Origin: Gracilinanus agilis
Taxonomy: Eukaryota
Length of the DNA stretch: 64,000 bases
Assembly (NCBI RefSeq): GCF_016433145.1
Contig: NC_058132.1
Coordinates: forward strand, 603,445,400-603,509,399
Direction: 5' to 3'
This document shows, piece by piece, positions 22,504 through 33,954 of this stretch (positions are counted from its first letter, which is position 1; each line of letters opens with the position of its first letter). The notes beneath the pieces were generated by a model. The model was not told the DNA's origin and did not search any database. It saw only the letters and a program-made list of their open reading frames with translations. The position numbers and the translations under genes are program-made.

Positions 22504-24761
22504 AAAGGAATTTGTATGGTTTATGTTAATTTTAAAAAATAATCTATAGGATGCTGTTTGAGGAAATATGGCAATATGGAAAGAGCACTAGTCTTGGAGA
22601 TTGAGTCCCTTGATCATAAGGGGCTCAGAGATATGCAAAATACAAAGAGATTAATCACTAAATATGATACTATTATTCCAAAGTGAATACTTAATACTTA
22701 GTTAATATAAAGTGGATAAGACCTAGAATAATCTGAAGATGACTGATTGTAAAGTCAAATTTGAACAAAGGGTATTGTGACATTTAATAACTTGGGTTTT
22801 AAGTTTAAGGTCAAAGTTCTATTTAATGCTTACCTATTTCTTGAAACTTTCAATTTCATGGGGCTCTGATCACCCATTAGCTTTTGTGTCTAGTTATAAC
22901 TAGTTATATAGCTGCTTTTATTGTTTTAGTAGAGTATTTATTTTCTTAAATATTTTCATTGACATAAAATATAGCTTAGTGTAATGTATAGAGCACTGAA
23001 CTTGGAGTTAGGAGACAAGGGTTTCCATCATACTCCACAAAATTACTAGTTTTGTGGTCATATACAAGGCACTACTTCTCACTGCCTCAGTTTCCTCATT
23101 TGTAAAATGAATATAATCATATTTGTATTGTCTACTTCCCAGGTAGCACTTTGAAAATCTTGAATTGTTATATAAACATAAATTTAAAAATATTTTCTCT
23201 TCCTCCATTATACTCTGTTTTCTAAGGACTTGGACTTTATCTTCTCCTTCCTTCACTTGTCCTTTCTTTGTCTATGGCCTAAAACTATATTTTGTACATG
23301 TGAGTGCCAATAAACCTTGCTGCCCAATGCATATAATTATTTAAACCCCTAACTGTTTTTTGGGGTATAAAATGATGGCTGACTTTATACTTATCAAGAT
23401 TTGATTGGAGACAAGATTTCAGATGAATAGCTGTACTGGGATTTTAAATATTGGTGGTTCTTTAAAAAGGTGTTATTTCTAGGTGTCTGAACTTCTTGGT
23501 TGGAAATGTAACAGATAGTAAATTGTTCTATGCCATGGGTCTAAGACATGTGTTCAAGGTTTGGCTGATTCTTGTTTAAACAATGTCAATACTTCCCCCC
23601 CACACACACACACACTTTTTTTTTTTTAATGAGAGCACAGTTCTTCCATGTTTGGAAAGACTTCCAAGTTGAATTATCTTATTAGGATTACTACTATAGA
23701 AGAAAACTTTACAGTCCTGATGTTGTTAACAGTTTTCATGTATAATTTATTTTTCCTGAAGGGCATTCTGGTAGTTTATTCCCATTAATTTAGCCATTAT
23801 AACTACTATTAGTTATAGAAGGGGTCATTTTCCTTATTTGACAGTGTTTGGATTTTTAAATATATAAAAAAGTTTTGCATCCCATATTAAATCTTGTAAA
23901 GGTTATTTATTGTAATTCTTTGTGGATGATTCAACTTTCCAGTTTCTAATCCTTTTAAGCACTCATCAGTCCCTTATTCTGGCCTTTATCATGGGTGACT
24001 TCCCAGGTATCTAGTTCTTTCCTGGGGTTAACATTTAGGTTAAATTTAGATAATCTTTTCTTCTTCACTCTACTATATCTTGTATGCATTCTTATTATAG
24101 AGGGCTGATTTTGGATTTGATCAGTCTAATATCCTGTTAACCTAGATGACAAAATTAAAAATTGTGGCCAATGGAGAATGAATTGACTGGAAAATGAACT
24201 AAAATATTCTACTCTATAACTTTGAATCCTGACTATTTTGTTGTCATCTTAATTTAAATTAACTGAAGACCAAAGCATTTCATTGTATACATCTATTTTT
24301 TGAGTGAATTTTTCACTTATTGGAAAAGAATAAATATTTTGAGAATTAAAAATAAATTCAAATATAGAATAAAGGCTTTTCTCAGCTATATTATCTTGTG
24401 GTTGGAGATTTGCCCTGCTGGGTTCCCATTTATCAGCACTTAAGTAGTCCATAAAAAATCCTATTCCAACGGTTCATTGTGGCAACGAGAAGACTATAAA
24501 TTCTCAGCATCTATGTCCATGAAGTGAGAACTCTTGCAGGTTTTATGAAGTTGGTAAAACTTCAAGTATATTCCTGACCAGAGCTTAGTGCCTGAGCTTC
24601 AAGCACAATCCTGACTAGAGCTTGTACCTCAGTTCAGAGAGGTTCGTTATCAGAAAAGTTGGCTTCTAGGTGATAATTTTTTTTCCCCCTTGGAGATCCA
24701 CGAAATAACGACATTAAAAAAAGGACAAAAGCCAATTAGTGCCAGAAATACAATCTACATA

Positions 24762-24767
24762 TTTATT
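24762..24767 (-). terminator. Poly(A) signal AATAAA of CRYG gene 3
   Basis: Lies 37 nt downstream of the TAA; a second AATAAA overlaps the stop codon (24800-24805). Confidence 0.75.
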
Positions 24768-24804
24768 TAATTTTTATATTAGTGATAATAATTGGCAATT
24801 TTAT

Positions 24805-25077
24805 TTAGTACACATCCATGACTCTTCTCAGAGAACCAACTTTGGCATTCATGGCTCCCCAGTCCATGTATCTCCTGTACTCGCCAGGTCTCAACAGGAA
24901 CTGTCTTCCTCTATAGTTGGGCATTTCATAGAGGATCCAGCAGCCATCCAAGACATTAAGAGAGTATATTTCATTCAGATGGAAACGATCATGGAGACAA
25001 GAGCAGTCATCGGAGAGCTCCATCATTTGACCTTTGTAGTCTTCTCTCTCATACAGCCTCATTCTGTGGGACCCGGT
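24805..25077 (-). CDS. CRYG gene 3 coding exon 3 (90 aa + TAA)
   Basis: ccccccaacag|ACCGGG; open frame. Confidence 0.95.
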   Translation of the reverse strand, partial: TGSHRMRLYEREDYKGQMMELSDDCSCLHDRFHLNEIYSLNVLDGCWILYEMPNYRGRQFLLRPGEYRRYMDWGAMNAKVGSLRRVMDVY

Positions 25078-28036
25078 CTGTTGGGGGGAGGAAATAGCAA
25101 GAGAAGATGAAAAATAAGCTGAAAAGTGTTATCTGGTTCAGGAAGGAGTCACAAGATTAGCTGTGTCTAACTGGATAAGGTAAGTATTTCTCAAGGATAC
25201 TCTCTTTCTTGCCCTCAGATATATTGTTTCCCTTTTGTCTATAGCATTGTTTTACCTGGAGTAGCCTTAAAGTTAAGTCTGATTAGGAACCATTGACAGA
25301 CAGTCAGAAGACCTCTGTCTTCAAAGTTCTTGGGATAAAGCAGAAAAAAAATTAAATACAGGGATGAAATGCTTTTTTTTTTGAGATATTGAAAGCTGCA
25401 ACCACACGTGCTGCATGTGTAAAGAGGATTACACAGCACAGTTCCTTCTTTCAATTCAATTTAATATTTATCCCCTACTCTGGGACAGGCAGTGCAGTGT
25501 AATGAAAAATAAGCAGGCTTTAAAAACAGGAAGACCTTGGCTTAAACCTTAAAAATAAACCACGTGACCCTGGGCGAGCCATTTAATTTCTCAGCATTCT
25601 AGGCAAAAATCTCTTGCAGAGGCAGTGCCAATCTATGTTAGAAAAAGTTGTTTCTCCTGGAAGTTCTCTTCATCAAAGAAATCACCAGTCCCGTCACTAT
25701 TTCCCACAAGGGACTGTTAAAGGTCTGTCGTTTATAAGTGAAAGCTAGTTTTTCTACATTAATAAGATCCATAATGTTTGTTTTTCCTGCTTAAATGAAT
25801 TATTTCTATTTTTCTTTAGTTAGCCTTAATCTGTTTACATTTTCCAGCTTCAATTTTAAATTTGTTTCTCTAGTGTTCTAATCACCTCCACCTTGTTTAG
25901 TATAAATAGCAAACAGAATGAATGTGTTGTTTGCATCAAAAAAAAATTTTTTTTAATTAAAAGTAGGGGGCAACTAGGTGGCTCAATGGATTGAGAGCCA
26001 GGCCTAGAGATGAGATTAAAGTTCTGGGTTCAAATTAGGCCTAGCCGTGTGACCCTGGGCAAGTCACAACCCTCATTGCCTAGCCCTTACCACTCTTCTG
26101 CCTTGAAACTAATATTCAGAATTGATTCTAAGATGGAAGGTAAGGGTTAAAAAAAAATTCAAAGTAGCACTAGGGTGAGGTACAATATCTATGAATTCCA
26201 AATAATAACAGATTTTTTTCCCAGGCTGATGTGAAACTTAATTACTACATTTTAGAAATATGCTCCTTACAGTTCTACATCTATTCTATGACCTAAATTA
26301 CATTCTCCCATGTCCTTGACAAACACATCACACAAGAATAAATAGCTAAAGTCAAGACACATTGCATTGCTGTTATTTTATCTGGACCCCTTCTTTTGTT
26401 TTTCCACCACAAAAGGAAATTAGATGAGTCCAGCAGAATCTGTTTTTTGGTGAATTTAACCCATGACTTAAGTGGCTTTTAGAGGTTTCTAAGTTTAACA
26501 TGAAAAGCTATGTTATTCTGATGTCTTGGATGCTGTGAGAGCTTCTAATGTTTACTAGCTGGGCGATTGTAGGCAGATCATTTAACTTCTCTAAGGACTG
26601 TTTCTTCAATGGCAAAATGAATAGGTTGGATTCATGTCCCTTCCAGTTATAGATCTACAGTGCTACGGGCATGGTGTGAAGCTTATGTTGGGTACTAAAA
26701 GGCTCTGCCAGCAGCACCATCTTTCACACATCTCCCCAAGCTAGAAAGACTTTGAGTAAATTGCTTCTGCCATGATGGGGCCAGCCTAGATAAGGTCAGA
26801 AAGGCTGAACACTGGTTGAATTTTTTTTGTTGCAGTAACTCATGAAACTATCTACTGAGACATGGTGGGATTGTGATATGCAGCTGTGGAGGAAGTATCC
26901 ACACCACTAAAACCATCTATCTTTTGCAGCATTTTAAATGAGAAGAATCATCATATTTATATAATTAGAAAAAAGGACCAGTGTTTAATGATTCATAATT
27001 CTTCTTTTCAAACACTAAAGGACCTCGAGCAATTCACTGAACCTCTTTATATGGTATAACTGTTGATACCAAAACATCTCCTACTGGTCCCTTTTTTTGG
27101 TCATTTGTTTTTGTTTTAATAGGATTGGATTATTTAAGTATTCTATTTCCTCTTTTGTTAATCTAGGCAATTTATATTTTCGTGAATATTCACCCATTTC
27201 ACCTAGATTGTCATATTTATTGCCGTAAAATTGAGCAAAGCAGTTCTTAAAAATTACCTTAATTTTCTATTCATTAGAGGTGAGGTCACCCTTTTCATTT
27301 TTGATACTGTTCATTTCATTCTCTTCTTTTTCAAACACTAAAGAACTGAATCTCTCTATATGGTATAACTGTTGGTATCAAAACGTTTCCTTCTGGTCCC
27401 TTTTTTTTTGGTCATTTGTTTTTGTTTTGATAGGATTGGGAGGAAGGGTGTCTACACTAAAGATTTAGAAACACTTCAGAAGCTTCCCCCACTATTCCAA
27501 TAAGAAGAGGGCAGATTTGATTCTCTTCACAGGCACCTCTCAACTCTAAATCTTTGAGCTTCTGATCCTAACATCCAAGTATCCCCAAACCAGTTCTGAA
27601 CTCTTATTCTAAGCTGGAAGACATTTCATAAATAGGAAACCCTCGCCTGTGACATTTTCTCATCGACCAGCATGAAATGAAACTCACGTAAGGGATTGTC
27701 CGACAGGACCTGATGGAGTCGTTGAAGCCCATCCATTGCTGGTAGTCTGGATACTCTCCTCTTCTCAGGTAATACTGGTACCCAGAGTAATTGGGACGCT
27801 CGTAAATCATCCAGCAGCCACTCTCCACACGGATGGAGTTGCAGCGGTTGAAGTAGGATTGGAGGTTAGCGTGGTCACTGCTGCATTCGTAGCAGCGGCC
27901 CTGGAAACCCCGGTCCTCGAAGAAGATGATCTACAAATGAACAATGAGCTTATGAAGCATTCAAAGATGCTCTCCATTTGAAAACAACAACGACAACAAC
28001 TTTAGAGCACCTTCGTGCTTTGCTCACCTTTCCCAT
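24805..28036 (-). CDS. CRYGC: gamma-crystallin gene 3, complete, 174 aa, gamma-C-like sequence; join(28028-28036,27688-27930,24805-25077)
   Basis: Exons of 9, 243 and 273 nt with GT-AG introns (97 and 2610 nt). Protein: [120 protein letters not shown]...[12 protein letters not shown]. The letter C is a best match ([23 protein letters not shown]); positionally this gene occupies the CRYGA slot. Confidence 0.95.
25967..26157 (+). mobile_element. MAR1-like SINE in gene 3 intron 2
   Basis: SINE head and tail; imperfect TSD aatt(a/c)aaagtag. Confidence 0.8.
27129..27322 (-). mobile_element. Internal L1 ORF2 fragment flanked by an approximately 120-bp direct duplication
   Basis: The reverse complement aligns by eye with 31340-31545; flanks 27001-27128 and 27323-27439 are about 90% identical. 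Confidence 0.8.
27688..27930 (-). CDS. CRYG gene 3 coding exon 2
   Basis: ttgtag|ATCATCTTC...CCTTAC|gtgagt, 243 nt. Confidence 0.95.
28028..28036 (-). CDS. CRYG gene 3 coding exon 1 (MGK)
   Basis: ATGGGAAAG|gtgagc. Confidence 0.93.
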
Positions 28037-28088
28037 GTCTGGTTGGCGGCAGATGAAGAGTTCAGTGTGGAACAGCAGCCGCTGCTTG

Positions 28089-28136
28089 TATATATAGTGC
28101 AGGTCTGTTGCTGCATCTGCAATAACAACACAAAAG
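28089..28136 (-). promoter_or_regulatory. Gene 3 proximal promoter: TATA (28089-28096), MARE TGCAGATGCAGCA (28109-28121), SOX-type CTTTTGT (28130-28136)
   Basis: Same layout as the gene 2 promoter. Confidence 0.82.
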
Positions 28137-28920
28137 AGGCCCAGTGGGGATAGGGAGGGGATTTTCATGTTCTCTTTTTTTTCCTTCTAGTATCAGGGCA
28201 GGGGGTTCATTGTCCAATTCCCTCTTGCTTTCTCTGGTACTTTCGAATTGGCCTCGCTTTCCCTCTGAAAGCTATTGAAGTCAGCAGAGCCATTATGGTT
28301 CTGGGGACAATGGGCCAGCTTCTCACCCTATGCAGCCATATAGAAATGCATGTTTTCATGAGTGGATGGACTTCATTTAGAGATCTCTCCCTATAGAAAC
28401 TGCTGAGGCTGAGTTATGTCTGCATTGAGGCTGAGTCAGGAGCAAAAGCCCATGAATGGGCATATTCCTAAATGACTTGGAGGTCTGAGGGGCAGTAGAG
28501 AATCCCAAAGAGTTAACTCCTCAATTGGGGATGCAGCATTGTAATTCCTATGGTGAAGATGTGCATTTTGGAGAGTCTAGAAAATGGCACTTGAGAAAAC
28601 CAGAGGTATGTAAAGTGAATTAGTGAGATTATAAAGGGAGACTGTGTGCAGGGAGGAGAATGAGTTATGTAGGGTTAAAATTGGAGTAGGACTGTTTGAA
28701 CTTCGGAAGGCAGTTTGATGTAGTGGAGAGGACACAGGAAGAATTGGGTTTGAATCCCAATGAGGACTATAAATTGGAGTAGACTATAATTTATACTATG
28801 AATTATAATTCAGTTGCCAATCTGCATTGAGAGAGGGGGTTGCCACATCTCTACACTAATGAAATCACAGGTCTGGATCCCTCATTCCCCAAAGAAATTT
28901 ATGCTTTCCAGGATCTAGAG

Positions 28921-29114
28921 CACTGGTTCCCAAACTTTTTTGGCCTACCGCCTCCTTTCCAGAAAAAAATATTACTTAGCACCCCCTGTCACATACTATC
29001 ACTGCCCCCTTACAGTTATTCACTGCCCCCAAATGCACCTGTGGCCATCACCGCCCTCCTGGATTGCTGCAGGCGTCTGCCAGGAGGTGGTGGCTCCCAC
29101 TTTGGGAATCAATG
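28921..29114. mobile_element. hAT-superfamily MITE (194 bp)
   Basis: TIRs cactggttcccaaa / tttgggaatcaatg; perfect 8-bp TSD atctagag (28913-28920 / 29115-29122), fitting the NTCTAGAN Charlie-type target. Confidence 0.92.
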
Positions 29115-30190
29115 ATCTAGAGGTTTCATAGATCAGAGATCAGTGAGTCGATTCCCACTCATTTTACACATTAAGAAACTGAGATATTGAGAGGATAAGT
29201 GTCTTGACAAGCATTAGTTATATAGTAAGTGTCTTAGGCAGGATTTGGACCAACATCTTCATGACTCCATATTTAGTACTCTACCAAGTCCTCCATTCTG
29301 CCTATTCAATATTGCCCTTAAAAAAATCAATTTGTCATTTTTATCCAAAACCCTAATTGAATTTCTGTTTTGAATTTGTCTATACAGGCTACACAGGCAA
29401 TGGGAATTCTTTCACTCATTCATTTGTTTGTTCATTCATTCATTTAACAAGCATTTATTAAATACCCATAGGAAGCCCCGAATGAAATAGTTCCTTCCCT
29501 CAAGGAACTGGCAAGTGATTTTAATAGAAAACAACATGTTCATGTTTAAGTAAATGCTAAATATACAGTACAAACAACAAGTACTTATAAGGAAATGTAT
29601 TCATTTATATTAATAAGTGCTGGAAAATCTGCAGAAAGCAGACTCATTACATTTGTTAAACCAGAAATGAGAAAATTTCCCTGGAAATTTGTCCCATCTG
29701 CAATAAAACAATTGAGGCAGAGGTCTGAACCAATAACTGTTTATTAGAGGGATCTGGCTCTCTTCAACAAATAGGATCCCAGGCTTTCCTTTCAGTGCCC
29801 AGCCCCATCCTTATATGTTTAATTTGTCTTGACACCAGTATTTTATTTCATTGGTGAACTCCAAAATCTTAGTATATCCTTTAGTCACATTGCTACCAAA
29901 CAATAAGGTGGACATATAACAACCAGCCCATCCATCTCACCTTTAAGATATCCATTTAAAAAAAAATTTTTAAAGGTTAAATTTTTTTACAGGTAAGGCA
30001 GACAATCTTTATTATCTTTCAGCTACAGAAACAATATCAAGCAAATTCTTCAACACATGATTTAACAAGGCATATGTTCCGGTGACTATTTTTTTAAAGA
30101 AACGGAGATTCAATAATATCACTCAGTTTTGATCCCTCTGGTAAAGGCAATCTTCAAGTTAAATAAAAATAGCATCAAAGTAATAATTGA

Positions 30191-30391
30191 GGGGGCAGCT
30201 GGGTGGCTCAGTGGACTGAGAGCTAGGTCTAGAGATGGGAGGTCCTAGGTTCTAATCTGGTCTCAGACACTTCCTAGCTGTGTGATCCTGGGCAAGTCAC
30301 TTAACTCCCATTGCCTAGCCCTTACCACTGTTCTGTCTTGGAACCGATACACAGTATTGATTCTAAGATGGAAGGTATGGGTTTTTTAAAA
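30191..30391 (+). mobile_element. MAR1-like SINE with 14-bp TSD
   Basis: TSD aaagtaataattga (30177-30190 / 30392-30405). Confidence 0.9.
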
Positions 30392-30565
30392 AAAGTAATA
30401 ATTGAGATAATTTTTGATGTACAAAAAATGGTACACTACTACATTTAAAATGAACTCATCTTTTTCAAATGTTCATCTTAAGGACTTAAATTGTCTTTGT
30501 TACGTAGCTAAAATACAAACATGCAAATATTACCACCTTATGCCCCATTAACATTTACTATATTA

Positions 30566-31585
30566 AGATTTCTAAAGGAAAAATTAAAGGAGCTCAAGGA
30601 GGAAATAGATAGGAAGACCAGATTAGTGGGGGGATCTCAACCTTTCCTTTTCAAAACTAGATAAATCAAACCAAATAATAAATAAGAAAGAAATAAGGGA
30701 AATAAATGAAATGCTAGAAAATTTAGAGTTAATAGCTATCTGGATAAAACTGAAAAGGAATAAAAAGGAATATACCTTCTTCTCAGCAGTACATGATACA
30801 TATTCAAAGATTGACTGTGTACTTGAGCATAGAAATATTGCAAACAAATGCAGAAAAGCAGAAATAATAAATGCCACTTTTTCAGATCATAATGTGATAA
30901 AATTATAATTAACAGGGGTCTATGGAAAGGCAAATTTAAAATTAATTGTAAACTAAATAATCTGATTCTTCAAAACTGGTGGGTCAAAGAATAAATCATA
31001 GAAACAATTACTGACGTCATTAAAGAGAATGACAATGAGGAGACAGCATATCAAAACCTATGGGCTACAGCCAAAGCAGTACTCAGGGGAAAATTTATAT
31101 CACTGAGTGCCTATACCAACAAAACACAGAGGGAGGAAATCAATGAATTGGGTTTGCAACTTTAAAAATTAGAAAAAGAACAAATTAAAAATCACTAGAT
31201 AAAAACTAAATTGGAAATCCTAAAAATTAAAGGAGAAATTAATAAAATTGAAAGTAAAAGTACTATTGAACTAAAAAATAAGACTAGGAGCTGGAATTTT
31301 GAAAAAACAAAATAAAGTACTGGTTAATCTAATAAAAAAAGAAACAAGAGAATCAAATGAACAGTATCAAAGATGAAAAGGGTGATATTACCTCTAATGA
31401 AGAGGAAATTAAGATAATTATTAAGAACAATTTTGCTCAATTTATGGCAATAAATATGACAATTTGGGTGAAATTGTTGATTATTTACAAAAATATAAAT
31501 TACCTAGATTAACAAAAGAGGAAATAGAATACTTAAATAATCCCATCTCAGAAAAAGAAATTGAACAAACCATCAAGCAACTTCA
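30566..31585 (+). mobile_element. Internal L1 ORF2 (endonuclease-linker) fragment with 17-bp TSD and no poly(A) tail
   Basis: Peptide YTFFSAVHDTYSKIDCVLEH...FSDHN (L1 endonuclease); TSD taacatttactatatta (30549-30565 / 31586-31602). Confidence 0.9.
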
Positions 31586-32113
31586 TAACATTTACTATAT
31601 TATCATTAAGCCTTTCTTCAAAAGTTCAGGAATTAGTCTCATTCTATAGATTTACTATAGATTTAAAAGACTTTACATTTATAACTTTATTTGCTTGCTT
31701 AGGCAGCAGATTTACTTCACATTTGGTAGCCCAGTTGTGTGTATACTAATTTAAAGTCTTTATCTCTCAATATATTTTCTTTTCTACATTTCACAAGCCC
31801 TAAGTTATTACATAATCTGCTAATGAATGTACACTTTACATTTATAATTTACTCTGTATATTTTAAAATTCATATAGGTAATTCACAAATGTCAGTTAAT
31901 AATCAAAACAATAAATACAACTTACTAATTATGAGACTAAGAACAAAATTAAACACATATTTATTCTTTAAATATTTCTCTAAATCATATCTATGATAAT
32001 AAACAATATCTATATGTTGCAAAAACATGAGTTAGCTAACTTCTGCATGGCTTCTGCCCATTTTATTTTCCTTTTAAAATTAATTAAATACAACTGTTTT
32101 ATATACTCTAAAT

Positions 32114-32317
32114 CAGTGATGGGCAAACTTTTTAAAGAGGAGGCCAAAGTAAAGAAAATGCTCATCTGTCAGTCTGTTTCTAAGGCAACTCTTTTGAAGT
32201 TTCATTGTATTGTATCCTACTCATTGTATTCGTCAGATTAGGAATAATGTCCCACTGATGGATAGAACATTTCAGGGGGCCCCATCTGACCCACAGGCTG
32301 TAGTTTGCCCATCAATG
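32114..32317. mobile_element. hAT-superfamily MITE (204 bp)
   Basis: TIRs cagtgatgggcaaac / gtttgcccatcaatg; perfect 8-bp TSD ctctaaat (32106-32113 / 32318-32325). Confidence 0.92.
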
Positions 32318-33092
32318 CTCTAAATTGTAAACCAAATGCTTTTATCCCCATATTCACAACCCAAATTATATATGCTACAGTTTTGAAATTGGGTGGAAAG
32401 CACCAGCAATGTGATAAACTAAACCCACAAAATGGGTAATCAATATATATTTGTTGAACATAGAATGAATGATTTGAAAGACAATTGTTTTTTAATTAAT
32501 GGATGTTGTTATTTTACAATGAACTTTATTGGGCTAGAGAAATCAATCCACCAATATTGTTCAATTATTAACTCTGGATTTTGGAATTAAAGGCAACGAA
32601 TCATTAAATAATTACTTGGGGGAAAAAAACAAGTTAATTCTAGTTACAATACTTGATAAAAAAAAAAGAAAAACATATAATACTTATGCTATCTTGTTTG
32701 TATAACCAAAAGAACCAAAAGTTCAATAATTATTGAACTATGAATTTGGGTTGATTTATAGAGATATAGAGAGGTAGAATGTTGTTTTTGCAGCACAAGA
32801 GAACTTTATTATCCCAATCTTAATTCCTCCATCTCCCTGGATGTTAATGGAAATCTGCCTTACTGGGGGAGAAAGGGGTTGATATCTCTCTAACTATGCA
32901 AATGTTTAATTAAAGTACGCTATGAGCTATAAGATTAGTTATAATGTTCACTTTTTACGGTTCTGAAGCCAATTGCATACTTTCACTTCTAGTGCAATAA
33001 TAAGGTAATTATGTAATACTATAAATAGTTTCATTCAAGAATATTTTGATATTTTCTTACATTAAAGGCATTAGTATAATATTTCCATTTAG

Positions 33093-33418
33093 CTACAGGA
33101 TAATAGCAGTGGCAAAAAACATTGAGGATGCAATTCATAGTTTGATTTTCTCATCTTACAGTACAGGTCCCATCAGAGATGGAATCCCAAAAATATGAGC
33201 TGGCTGTATACCAATGAGATCCATTCCCCCGTATCACTGAACAAGTAACAATATATTGATATGTCTTCCCTAACTTTACCAAATGTGTTAAGGATTGTTT
33301 CACTCTAACTGCAGTTCACTGCTTGACATTATTCTGATTATAATCCAAACTGCCCAATATTGTGTGCTTTATCAGCATTGAAACCAATATCATCATTGTT
33401 GGGCTGATGTTCTTCCAT
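33093..33418 (-). pseudogene. DYNLT3: Processed pseudogene of dynein light chain Tctex-type 3
   Basis: Intronless. Reads MEEHQPNNDDIGFNADKAHNI / (about 26-nt deletion) DYNQNNVKQ*TAVRVKQSLTHLVKLGKTYQYIVTCSV...[30 protein letters not shown] / (+1 nt) ATAIIL*. It has two Trp-to-stop changes and two frameshifts. UTR-derived sequence probably extends to about 33460 and at least to about 32488 (AATAAA at 32525-32530, A6 remnant at 32488-32493). Confidence 0.9.
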
Positions 33419-33954
33419 GGCTGTAGTTGCTCTTCTTCAGGGCAGGACCCAAGATACCTACTTTAACAATGTGTTCAGGGCAGACCAGTGAGAGGTCCTG
33501 CACTGATATTATCCAATATTATATTGATCCTCTTGTCTATGTACTCAGAGTCAGAGGGTCAGAGGGAAGTGATATAAGGTGGAGGAGCTCTTAAAGTATG
33601 GTGAAACTTTCCACTGAAGTTGTGATACCTGGGCAGAGGCTGCCTTCAAACTATGCTGTTGTCAAGTTAAGCTTAACATGGAGTTTTATGAGAGGAAAGA
33701 CTCATTTTTAGAAACTATTCACCTATGAATTATAACTAGTTGTTTTTGATTACTTCGTTGATATAAGTATTTGTTATCTCTATAGAATCACATTAAAGTA
33801 GATAATACTAATTAGAAATATTCATGGGGATAAAATGATTGATTTCAGATAAACAAGGGACTACTTAAAATAGGGTAGGGGTCAAATTATTTCTCATTTT
33901 TCAGCTGGCAGTTTTGTAGTTCATTTCTCCTCTCTTATTCTTTAAAGATCACGG

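Noticed and set aside
30711-30908. ORF with a nuclease-like motif
   Set aside because: It is L1 ORF2 endonuclease sequence with frameshifts, not a host gene.
33678-33705. ATG GAG TTT TAT GAG AGG AAA GAC resembling the crystallin LYERED motif
   Set aside because: Opposite strand to the cluster, no splice context and no continuing similarity.
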